Part shown: positions 15,447 through 23,373 of the stretch, piece by piece
Position numbering within the stretch: position 1 is the stretch's first letter
How the letters are laid out: every line of letters begins with the position of its first letter
Source of the DNA: Tepidiformaceae bacterium
GTDB taxonomy: Bacteria > Chloroflexota > Dehalococcoidia > Tepidiformales > Tepidiformaceae
Length of the DNA: 44,704 nucleotides
Direction: 5' to 3'
Assembly: GCA_036515015.1 (NCBI GenBank)
Contig: DATBWD010000247.1
Span: 1-44,704, forward strand
Translations under genes and position numbers: made by a program
Notes under the pieces: generated by a model
Databases searched by the model: none
What the model was told of the DNA's origin: nothing
What the model saw: only the letters and a program-made list of their open reading frames with translations

Positions 15447-18400
15447 TGGCCCGGCTGATGTCCTTCCCGTTCGAACTGAACACCATCGCCGCTTCTATGG
15501 ATTGGCAAACATCGACGACTGGTACGCCAGTCATTGAGACCACAGACTTCCGCTCCGGCGCAGCGGCGCTCAGGATCAACAGCGCTGCTGGCGCGGAGAA
15601 CATCCAGCACATCTTCCGCACGACGCAAGGACCGTGTTGGACTCGGTTCTACTTCAAGGTGGTGGCTGGCGCTACCGGCAACGACGTTACGATCATTGCA
15701 ACTCTGAATGGTGCTACGGCCCGGGTAGGGGTTCTTATCAATGCTGACGAGACACTGGAGTTCTGGAACCTGGAGGACTCCGCCCAGGTTGGAGCCAGTT
15801 CGTCAGCGATCAGTTTAGACACTTGGTATCGTCTTGAATACCTCATTGACTCGACCACATTGGCCTCCACCGCTATCGAGGCTAGGCTGTACGCGGCCTC
15901 GGACGAAAGCACCCTGCTGTGGAATCCATCGGGGACGATTAACTTGGCCCTCAACCCCGACCGCTTTCGTCTGGGCATCCCTTCGGCCGATGCCACGTTG
16001 GACATCATCTACGAAGATGGAGCGATCAACGACAACAGCGGTAGTTTCGAGAACTCCTGGCCGGGCGAAGGCGAGCAGATCATGCTCCGGCCGAGCGCCG
16101 CGGGCGACAACGCGGATTGGACGCGGGGCGGAACGGACAGCGGGGCCAACTGGTCGCAGGAAGAGGAGGCCCCACCCGATGACGTGACGACCTACGTTCA
16201 GAGCAATACCTCCGGTCAGATCGACGACTACAACCTGGACGCGACGCCCGCGGCGATGGCCTCCGATGATGTCATCAACTGCGTTCAGGTGGGCGTGCGG
16301 TTTGCGATCAGCGGCGCGGGTGGCGCGGACCCGGACTTCGTGCTGCGCATCAAGGCCTCGTCCGGGGGCACGGTCGAGGAAAGCGCCGCCCTTTCTGGTG
16401 CTGGCGACACCTCCTACCAGTCTTACAAAATAGCCACGCCTAGGCAATATGCGCTGACGCTGTATGACTTGCCCGGCGGGTCCGCGACGGCGTGGACAAA
16501 AGCCGACTTAGACGCGGCGCAGGTCGGCATACGCGAGACGATCACGGATACCCACTTCGTCCGGGTATCGGCGCTGTGGGTGGTGGTAGACCACAAGCCA
16601 GCGGCCGCTGGCGGCCAGACCATCCCGGTCGGCCAGGCGACCGAGGCCGACACCGCCCAGGCCATCACGCTGCTTCGCACCTACCTGATCGCCCAGGTAA
16701 CCGAGACCGATCTCGCCCAGGCCATCAGTGCGGTGCGGGCCTATGCGGTGGGCCAGGCCAGCGAGACAGATCTCGCCCAAGCCGTCGTGGTCCTTCGCAC
16801 GTACCTGATCGGGCAGGCGTTCGAGACCGATCTCGCTCAGGACATCGGCCAGCCCGCAAAGGTCAATCAGGTCCTCGAGACGGATCTCGCTCAGGCGATT
16901 ACGGTTGTCAAGGCGCTGTTGCTGGGCCAGGCTACCGAGGCTGATCTCGCGCAGGCCATCGCCGTTCTCAAGTCCCTGACTGTAGGACAGATCCAGGAGA
17001 CGGACCTCGCCCAGGCCATCGCCGTTCTCAAGTCCCTGACTGTAGGACAGGTCCAAGAGGCTGATCTGGCCCAGGCCATCACAGTCGTCAGGAGCCGTCT
17101 GCTCGGGCAAGCCAGCGAGACCGACGTTGCCCAGGCCATCACGGTGCTCAAGGCGGCGCTGATCGGCCAGGCGAGCGAGACAGACCTCGCCCGCGCCATC
17201 ACGATATTGCGGACGGTACTAGTTGCTCAGGTCCAGGAGACGGACCTCGCCCAGGCCATCACTGCCCTGCTGGGGCGTGTGGTTCAGCAGGTGCAGGAAA
17301 CGGACTTGGCGCAGGCCATCACAGTCGTGGCTGGGGCTGCTCCCATCCCGCCGCCCGCGCCGCCCGCGCCTCCGATGGTGGTGGTGGGCCGCGTCCGTCG
17401 GCGCCGGGAAGAGCCGTCGGCTCCAATACGGCGGCTGATCGACGAACTGTTCGAGCCAGCCCGGCAGGCCGAGTTACGGCGGATCGAGGAATTGCTTCGA
17501 GAGGACGATGAGGAGATCCCGCCGCCGGCCTCCCGGCCATCCCCGAAGGGGCTGGGTGAAGTCGGTCTCGAGGACCTGATCCGGGCGTCCAAGGGATACG
17601 AGAATCTGGTGGCCGACATCGCCGTGGCGGTGACCAAGGCCATCAACCTTCCGGGCCTGAAGGAGTATTTGAAGGTTCAGGATGCCCGAGTAGCGGCCAT
17701 TGAGAAAGGACCTACGGCCCCGGACCGGGGTCCTTCGGTTGATGCTCTAGCCCCGGACCGGGGTCCTTCGGTGGATGCTCTAGCCCCGGCCGAGGCAGCA
17801 CGCCTCTACCAGGAGATGGTCGGCGAGATGATGGGCCTGATCGACCTTGACGTCCCACCGCCGACGATGACAGCAGAGCGGCGGAAGGAGATCCTCTCGA
17901 AGCCGGGCATTCACGCGACCCAGGTCGCCATCCTCAAGCAGACCCGTGCCCGGCCGCTCCGAACCAAGTACGAGAAGCGCCTCGCCGCCCTGATCCGGCA
18001 GTTGGCGACCGGCGAATTGAACGCGGCCGAGTTCATGGACTCGGCTTTCCAGGCGACCGTTGATGCCTATTGGGATGCCTTCGGCGATGGACGGGACGCT
18101 GGCGGGGTGGAGGAGGCGGTCGAGGTCTACTTCCACGAAGGCGGGATCGTGGCGGCCCAGGTCGTGTGGGCCGGCCAGAGCCTGCAGAAGATCATCGCCC
18201 TGCTGCCGGCTGGCCACAGCGATGGGGACCTGCAGGAGGCGCTCCGTCGGGTGCCGACCATGGCATCGGCCATCGAGGTACTCTGGTACGAGGGTCTGGG
18301 GACGGCTGCCGATGACCCTCTGTACGAGTGGATCATCGGGAGCACGAAGGAGCACTGCACAGACTGCCTCGGGTATCATGGGCAGCGGCACCGGCTGAAG

Positions 18401-18529
18401 GCATGGATCGCCGCCGGGGCGATCCCACAGTCTTATCCGCTGGAATGTCACGGCTTCGAATGCAAATGCGAGTTGCGGAAGAGCCGTGGCCATGAGGTTG
18501 GAACGCTACGATCGCCGGGGTTGAACTGA
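15446..18529 (+). CDS. multidomain minor head protein with C-terminal MuF/SPP1-gp7-like domain
   Basis: ATG 15446 (TGATG overlap) lies 7 nt after GGGAGG. The first 380 aa or so are beta-rich and possibly lectin/jelly-roll-like. Then come about 12 x 20-aa repeats, a Pro-rich linker, a 41-aa module shared with 19141..21171, and a C-terminal WIIGSTKEHCTDCLGYHG...PLECHGFECKCEL resembling the MuF H-x-N-C-R-C end. Confidence 0.7.
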   Translation: MARLMSFPFELNTIAASMDWQTSTTGTPVIETTDFRSGAAALRINSAAGAENIQHIFRTTQGPCWTRFYFKVVAGATGNDVTIIATLNGATARVGVLINADETLEFWNLEDSAQVGASSSAISLDTWYRLEYLIDSTTLASTAIEARLYAASDESTLLWNPSGTINLALNPDRFRLGIPSADATLDIIYEDGAINDNSGSFENSWPGEGEQIMLRPSAAGDNADWTRGGTDSGANWSQEEEAPPDDVTTYVQSNTSGQIDDYNLDATPAAMASDDVINCVQVGVRFAISGAGGADPDFVLRIKASSGGTVEESAALSGAGDTSYQSYKIATPRQYALTLYDLPGGSATAWTKADLDAAQVGIRETITDTHFVRVSALWVVVDHKPAAAGGQTIPVGQATEADTAQAITLLRTYLIAQVTETDLAQAISAVRAYAVGQASETDLAQAVVVLRTYLIGQAFETDLAQDIGQPAKVNQVLETDLAQAITVVKALLLGQATEADLAQAIAVLKSLTVGQIQETDLAQAIAVLKSLTVGQVQEADLAQAITVVRSRLLGQASETDVAQAITVLKAALIGQASETDLARAITILRTVLVAQVQETDLAQAITALLGRVVQQVQETDLAQAITVVAGAAPIPPPAPPAPPMVVVGRVRRRREEPSAPIRRLIDELFEPARQAELRRIEELLREDDEEIPPPASRPSPKGLGEVGLEDLIRASKGYENLVADIAVAVTKAINLPGLKEYLKVQDARVAAIEKGPTAPDRGPSVDALAPDRGPSVDALAPAEAARLYQEMVGEMMGLIDLDVPPPTMTAERRKEILSKPGIHATQVAILKQTRARPLRTKYEKRLAALIRQLATGELNAAEFMDSAFQATVDAYWDAFGDGRDAGGVEEAVEVYFHEGGIVAAQVVWAGQSLQKIIALLPAGHSDGDLQEALRRVPTMASAIEVLWYEGLGTAADDPLYEWIIGSTKEHCTDCLGYHGQRHRLKAWIAAGAIPQSYPLECHGFECKCELRKSRGHEVGTLRSPGLN
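16631..17340 (+). repeat. in-frame tandem repeat, 60-nt period, about 12 units
   Basis: The consensus peptide is x-E-T-D-L-A-Q-A-I-x-V-L-(K/R)-x-x-L-(I/V)-G-Q-(A/V). One unit is 54 nt. There is a 39-nt perfect repeat at 16952-16990 and 17012-17050. Confidence 0.95.
17591..17713 (+). repeat. dispersed repeat copy A (41-codon shared module)
   Basis: My hand alignment gives 106 of 123 nt and 36 of 41 aa identical to 20857..20979 (KGYENLVADIAVAVTKAINLPGLKEYLKVQDARVAAIEKGP). Confidence 0.9.
17717..17791 (+). repeat. 33-nt tandem duplication (2 units plus a partial third)
   Basis: GCCCCGGACCGGGGTCCTTCGGT(T/G)GATGCTCTA occurs twice, then GCCCCGGCC. It encodes APDRGPSVDAL twice. Confidence 0.9.
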
Positions 18530-19104
18530 TGGCCATCATCCGCTTCAAGCCGATCACCCGCAACCTGCGGGCCTACGACCCCAAGAAGGTGGTCCGGGCG
18601 ATGGAGGATGGTCTTGCCGACGTCGGCAAAATGATCAAGGCCGACTTCGCAAAGACCACGTCTACCTGGAATGCGGGTGGCACGGACGGCAAACCGATCC
18701 CCGGCGGGCTACCCAAGTTCCGCACGTTCGGCCCCCGGATGGTTGGCGAGGCCATGATGCTCGAGGTCTCGACCCAGCACAGCGTCTACTACTACCTGAA
18801 CTTCGGCACCCGGGCGCACCTGATCAAAGCGAGGCGTTCGAAGGTGCTCCGTTTCCGCACGGCCGGCCGTGGCTCCTATCGGGCCAAGACCCGGCAGGGC
18901 TGGCTGGGCAGCCAGGGCGGCGGCCCGCGTGGCCCGTGGACGATGCGGCCGCGCGTGGATCATCCCGGCAACTTCGCCCGCGGCTGGGACATCACGATCA
19001 CTGAGCGGCAGCGGGGCCGGGCCGAACTTTCCAAGGCGATGAACCGTCGAATCAGGGATGCGCTCGGCTCGATGGGGGCTGGCGTTCGGAGTAGCCGCGC
19101 TTGA
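18529..19104 (+). CDS. hypothetical head-module protein
   Basis: TGATG overlap. Track ORF. The protein is basic and I recognised no motif. Confidence 0.6.
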   Translation: MAIIRFKPITRNLRAYDPKKVVRAMEDGLADVGKMIKADFAKTTSTWNAGGTDGKPIPGGLPKFRTFGPRMVGEAMMLEVSTQHSVYYYLNFGTRAHLIKARRSKVLRFRTAGRGSYRAKTRQGWLGSQGGGPRGPWTMRPRVDHPGNFARGWDITITERQRGRAELSKAMNRRIRDALGSMGAGVRSSRA

Positions 19105-19129
19105 CCGGCACGCGTATGCGTTCTACAAT
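19101..19129 (+). promoter_or_regulatory. near-consensus sigma70/sigmaA-like promoter, probably giving a leaderless or near-leaderless mRNA
   Basis: TTGACC (19101-19106), an exactly 17-nt spacer, then TACAAT (19124-19129). The next ATG is at 19141, only 11 nt after the -10 element, and there is no SD. Confidence 0.45.
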
Positions 19130-19140
19130 GCGCCACAGGT

Positions 19141-21171
19141 ATGCCCTACAGCAATGTTCCGCGCCATCTATGGGGGAAGATGGACTCGTGTGTCCAACAA
19201 GTCATGGCTCGCGAAGGGGTCGACAAGAAGCGAGCCATCGCAATGTGCCATGCAAGCCTAGTGAAGGAGGCCGAGGTGGCGAGTTCCAAAGACCGTAGGC
19301 GACAGCGTCGGGCCGTCGAACGTCGAGAGGAAGAGAAGGGCTCGAACAGCGACCCCGAGGTGCTTGCCGCGCTGGCCTTGGCAGACCCGAACGTCATCGC
19401 CGACTATATGGGCACCGTGCCTGTGGGGAAGGACGACGGGGACGAGACTGGAGCCGAAGGCGATGATGGCTCGCCTGGCAAGATAGACGACATCTCGCGC
19501 GTCATCGTCGGGGCTAGGACGCCCGAGCCGGGCACCGCGGCTCCCTCGGTGCCGGAGGCGGACGACGCAGATCCGGCCGCCGACGAAGAGAAGGACAAGA
19601 GCCTCTACGCCGTCGCCTCGGGCGACATGTACGAAATCTACCGCCCGTTCGATGGGGCCGCGTCCTGGGGGGACTACGACGCCTACATCAAGGCCAGGGA
19701 TCAGGCCCGCGCCATCAACGACGTCACCTATGTGTTCCAGACGCTGGTCGAGAACGTGATGCGGTCGGACGAGATCTCGCCCGACGAGAAGGCAAGCGCC
19801 ATTGCCACGCTGGCGACCGGCTACAAGACCCGCCTGCAGAAGTCCAAGAGCGTGTTCGAAAGCCTGAAGCGCGCGCTGACCGGCGCCGGCAAGAATGACC
19901 TGCCGGACTCGGCTTTCGCATACATCGAACCGGGCGGCAAGAAGGACGAGAGTGGCCGGACCGAGCCCCGCTCCCTCCGGCACTATCCCATCCACGACGC
20001 CTCCCATATCCGCAACGCTCTGTCCCGGGCGGCGTCGGCGGTGAGTAGCGGGGGGACCACAGCCAAGATTGCGCGCGCGGCCCTGCCGAAGATCCGGGCT
20101 GCCGCCAAGCGCGAGGGCATTGGGGCGGCGGGAAAGAAGGCCGAGAAGAATGGATCGGGCTTCTCGGTGATCAAGGCCGCCGACGGATCGTGGCGATGGG
20201 TCGGCTGGGTCACCAACAAGTTCCGTGACCGAGACGCCCATGCCCTGAACGCCGTGAAGGGCGGCGAGATCGTCACCAGCGAGGCCCACCGGGAATTCAT
20301 CGAATGGGTCTACGCCGATCCGAAGAACCGCATGCCCGAACTGTGGATCTGGCACACGCCGGGAACGCAGCGGGAGAAGCGTGCCGACTGGATCGACTTC
20401 GCCGATGGCTTCGTGGTGGCGAGCGGTCCGCTGTCGGAAAAGGAGGCGGGTGAACTGCTCGCGCTCGAGGCCGTGATGCCCGACCTCGGGATGTCGCATG
20501 GCATGTTCGTCCTTTCCGTCGACGAGAAGAACGGGTATATTACGAAGTACCGCAGTTTCGAGGACACCGTCCTGCCCGCGAAGTGGGCAGCCAACCCGTG
20601 GACTGCGTTCTCCACCATCCTCAAGGAGGTGAGTGAAATGACATTCAGCGAGGACAAGCGCGCCACTCTCGTCGCCGCGTTGGGCGAGGAAAGGGTGGCA
20701 GATTTGGAAGTGACCACTGCAGGGATGGCGAAGACGCTCGTGGACCTTGGCATCGAGCACAAGGCCATCACGAGCGAGGCACCGGCCCCGGTGCCCGGAG
20801 ATCCGGCCCCCGCGCCGCCCCCGGCACCCGTCCCGGCTCCGGGACCCTCGGCGGCCAAGGGCTACGAGGATCTGGTGGCCGACATCGCCACGGCGGTGAC
20901 CAAGGCCATCAACCTTCCTGGCCTGAACGAGTACTTGAAGTCCCAGGATGCCCGCGTCTCGGCCATCGAGAAGGGGCCGGCCAAGATCGTGGCCGCGGCC
21001 ATGCAGCCGAAGGCAGGCGCCAACCTGTGGGACAACCGACCGTCCCAGAGCGAGAGCACCAAGGTTACCGATGGCGCGCCCCAGCCGGCCGTCAAGGAAG
21101 TTGGCGAGGCGTGGATCGATGGGGCCTTCGGTGCCTCTGCAGTTCCGGCCGTGCCCGCCGCCCTAGCCTAG
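19141..21171 (+). CDS. putative capsid scaffolding / prohead-protease-like protein
   Basis: Directly upstream of the major capsid gene. The N-terminal KMDSCVQQVMAREGVDKKRAIAMCHASL and LPDSAFAYIEPGG...LRHYPIHDASHIRNALSRA motifs recur in phage head-assembly proteins (memory-based). It has an acidic low-complexity region, a Pro-rich linker and the shared 41-aa module near the C-terminus. Confidence 0.55.
   Translation: MPYSNVPRHLWGKMDSCVQQVMAREGVDKKRAIAMCHASLVKEAEVASSKDRRRQRRAVERREEEKGSNSDPEVLAALALADPNVIADYMGTVPVGKDDGDETGAEGDDGSPGKIDDISRVIVGARTPEPGTAAPSVPEADDADPAADEEKDKSLYAVASGDMYEIYRPFDGAASWGDYDAYIKARDQARAINDVTYVFQTLVENVMRSDEISPDEKASAIATLATGYKTRLQKSKSVFESLKRALTGAGKNDLPDSAFAYIEPGGKKDESGRTEPRSLRHYPIHDASHIRNALSRAASAVSSGGTTAKIARAALPKIRAAAKREGIGAAGKKAEKNGSGFSVIKAADGSWRWVGWVTNKFRDRDAHALNAVKGGEIVTSEAHREFIEWVYADPKNRMPELWIWHTPGTQREKRADWIDFADGFVVASGPLSEKEAGELLALEAVMPDLGMSHGMFVLSVDEKNGYITKYRSFEDTVLPAKWAANPWTAFSTILKEVSEMTFSEDKRATLVAALGEERVADLEVTTAGMAKTLVDLGIEHKAITSEAPAPVPGDPAPAPPPAPVPAPGPSAAKGYEDLVADIATAVTKAINLPGLNEYLKSQDARVSAIEKGPAKIVAAAMQPKAGANLWDNRPSQSESTKVTDGAPQPAVKEVGEAWIDGAFGASAVPAVPAALA
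20857..20979 (+). repeat. dispersed repeat copy B (41-codon shared module)
   Basis: KGYEDLVADIATAVTKAINLPGLNEYLKSQDARVSAIEKGP; see copy A. Confidence 0.9.
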
Positions 21172-21211
21172 CCCGAGTCGATCCTGATCTTCGATCGAGG
21201 GAGTTGACATC

Positions 21212-22654
21212 ATGGACCAGAACGCAATCCTGGAAGCCCTGGCGAAGGCGCTTCTGCCTGTCGTGCAGAAGCACACCACGCCCACGGGCACGCCCTCGAA
21301 CCCATACGTCCACGGCCCGGGTGGGCTGTTCGGCGTCATGGGTCTCGAGCGGGAAGTCATCCACACCCGCCTGCAGCCCGTCGGTTTGGCCGGTATCCTC
21401 CCGGTGCGGCCAAGCGTCGACATGTGGCCCCTGTTTCCCTACATCAGCGGCTTCCGGGATGTGACGGGGGATGTGGCCAACGGAGTCTGCGACGATCCGC
21501 AGACAGCGGGGCCGATGAAGACCTGCCTGCAGACGGCGCCGTTCGGCCGCTACTCGTTCATGACCCGCGAGATGGAAATCAACCGGGTCGGCCAGGTGAT
21601 CAACCGGGGCGAGTTCCTCGACCTGACGCTGATCAACAGCCCGTTGGCGGCGCAGTTGGGGTCCTCGATCTTCCCGACGATCCCAAGCGAGCAGCAGGCC
21701 CTGAAGGGCGCTGAGGTGCTGCAGCGCTTCATCGAGGTCGGCGTGGCGTTCCAGAACCAGTTGGGACGCCAGTTGTATGCCGCCAACCCGGTGAACGACT
21801 CGGCGGGCGGCGGGTACGAGGAATTCAACGGCCTCGATCTGCTGATCGGCACTGGCAAGGTGGACGCCAAGACGGCGATCGCCTGCCCCAGCCTCGACTC
21901 CATCGTCTGGGACTATAACCTGACGAACATCGCCAGCCCCACCGCCAACCCGAACATCGTCACCCTGCTGACCAACATCCTGCGCCGGCTGAACCACATC
22001 GCCACTCGGACGGGGCTACAGCCTCTGGTGCTCACGTTGGCCATGCGGCAGGACCTGTTCTGGGTGATCACGGATCTGTGGGCGTGCGCGTACTACAGCG
22101 ACCGCTGCCAGACCTTGAACAACGCGCAGGTCATGCTCGACGGAACCGAGATGACGACCATCCGGGATGCCATGCGGAATGGCGAGTACCTGCTGGTGGA
22201 CGGCAAGAAGGTCCCGGTGGTCATCGACGACATGATCCCCGAGCAGTCGAGCAACGAGGACGCCGCCATCCCGGTGGGCTGCTTCGCCAGCGACATCTAC
22301 ATCGTCCCGCTGACGGCCCGCGGCATGCCGGTGACCTACTTCGAGCACTTCGACTACCGCGGCGGATCGATGCAGGCGGTGGTCGATGGCCGCATGACGC
22401 AGTACTTCTGGACGGACGGAGGGATCTTCCTCTGGCACGCCAAGCCGCCGCTGAACTGGTGCGTCCAGTGGCTCGGAAAGATCGAGCCGCGGCTGGTGCT
22501 GCGGACGCCGCACCTGTCGGCGCGGATCCTCGACGTGCTGTACTGCCCGCTGGCCCACAGCCGCGACACGCACCCCGATGATCATTACTGGATCGACGGT
22601 GGTGTGACGGAGCGGAGCGTGGATTACTTCTACCACGAGGGTCGGCTGCCGTAA
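21212..22654 (+). CDS. major capsid protein
   Basis: The ATG follows GAGGGAG. 480 aa, downstream of the scaffold-like gene and followed by a strong hairpin. The composition is non-repetitive. The call rests on position plus general resemblance to HK97-fold capsid proteins. Confidence 0.65.
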   Translation: MDQNAILEALAKALLPVVQKHTTPTGTPSNPYVHGPGGLFGVMGLEREVIHTRLQPVGLAGILPVRPSVDMWPLFPYISGFRDVTGDVANGVCDDPQTAGPMKTCLQTAPFGRYSFMTREMEINRVGQVINRGEFLDLTLINSPLAAQLGSSIFPTIPSEQQALKGAEVLQRFIEVGVAFQNQLGRQLYAANPVNDSAGGGYEEFNGLDLLIGTGKVDAKTAIACPSLDSIVWDYNLTNIASPTANPNIVTLLTNILRRLNHIATRTGLQPLVLTLAMRQDLFWVITDLWACAYYSDRCQTLNNAQVMLDGTEMTTIRDAMRNGEYLLVDGKKVPVVIDDMIPEQSSNEDAAIPVGCFASDIYIVPLTARGMPVTYFEHFDYRGGSMQAVVDGRMTQYFWTDGGIFLWHAKPPLNWCVQWLGKIEPRLVLRTPHLSARILDVLYCPLAHSRDTHPDDHYWIDGGVTERSVDYFYHEGRLP

Positions 22655-22663
22655 CCTGACCAC

Positions 22664-22704
22664 GGAGTGAAGGGAGGGGCGGGCAACCGCCCCTCCGTCA
22701 CTCC
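22664..22704 (+). terminator. strong GC hairpin after the capsid gene (terminator or mRNA-stabilising stem)
   Basis: A 10-bp stem (22673-22682 / 22687-22696) around the loop GCAA, extended by a 7-bp stem (22664-22670 / 22698-22704) across a small internal loop. No U-tract follows. Confidence 0.45.
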
Positions 22705-22771
22705 CCGGAGCGCCTAGGGCAGTCGCGCACCTGCCCGAATGCGGTTGCTCCCGGCCGCTGGCGCTCCGGGG
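22703..22771 (+). repeat. 12-bp inverted repeat bracketing about 45 nt
   Basis: CCCCGGAGCGCC (22703-22714) and GGCGCTCCGGGG (22760-22771). Confidence 0.6.
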
Positions 22772-22803
22772 GTTTACGGGAGAGAAAGGCCTCGGGAGGG
22801 CCT

Positions 22804-23373
22804 ATGAACAGTCCCCTCGAGGGCCAGGACTATCTGGCCCACCTCGCACAATTTGACGACTGGAACGCTCGAGCATTCCTCGCCATCATCGTGGCGTTCG
22901 GCGCGCCCATGACTTATCTGGACGTCGGATGCGGCACAGGTGCCATGATCCGTATGGCTCGGCGGCTAGGTATCGACGCCGTCGGCCTGGACATCCTAGC
23001 CCCGCCGAACGCGGATCTCCACGGCATCATGAAGGTGGACGTTTCCCGCGAGTTCAATATCCTTCGGAAGTTCGCCCTGCTCACCTGCATCGAGGTGGCC
23101 GAGCACATCCCGGAGGATCAGGGAGGCATGCTGATCCGCAATATCGCCGAGCACGCCGCCGAAACATGTCTGCTCATCTGGACGTCCGCCGGCCCCGGCC
23201 AGGGGGGGGAGAACCATCAGACGCTCGTTCCCGGCTACGTCTGGCGGTCGATGCTCCATGACCACGGGCTACACTACAACGAGGCCTGGACCCACCGGCT
23301 ACGGCTCATCTGGCAGGCCATCGGCATGCCCATGATGTGGCTGCCGGATAACCTACAGGTGTTCGACCGATGA
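22804..23373 (+). CDS. class I SAM-dependent methyltransferase
   Basis: Motif I is YLDVGCGTGAMIRMARRLG, with an acidic post-I residue (GLDI). 189 aa. Confidence 0.8.
   Translation: MNSPLEGQDYLAHLAQFDDWNARAFLAIIVAFGAPMTYLDVGCGTGAMIRMARRLGIDAVGLDILAPPNADLHGIMKVDVSREFNILRKFALLTCIEVAEHIPEDQGGMLIRNIAEHAAETCLLIWTSAGPGQGGENHQTLVPGYVWRSMLHDHGLHYNEAWTHRLRLIWQAIGMPMMWLPDNLQVFDR

Noticed and set aside
16631-17340. The regular 60-nt periodic repeat could be mistaken for a CRISPR array.
   Set aside because: There are no unique spacers. The whole unit is repeated with point variation and stays in one continuous reading frame inside a 1027-aa ORF, and no cas genes are present.
19258-20760. A 500-aa ORF on the - strand, the longest minus-strand ORF.
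   Set aside because: It is entirely antisense to the + strand ORF 19141..21171. That ORF carries recognisable phage head-assembly motifs and the shared 41-aa module and fits the operon context. The minus-strand translation is Arg/Gly/His/Pro-rich without motifs.
21204-21232. A perfect TTGACA hexamer 2 nt upstream of the capsid gene ATG, considered as a -35 element.
   Set aside because: No acceptable -10 is present at 16-18 nt spacing (ATCCTG/AATCCT). A promoter here would start transcription inside the capsid gene.
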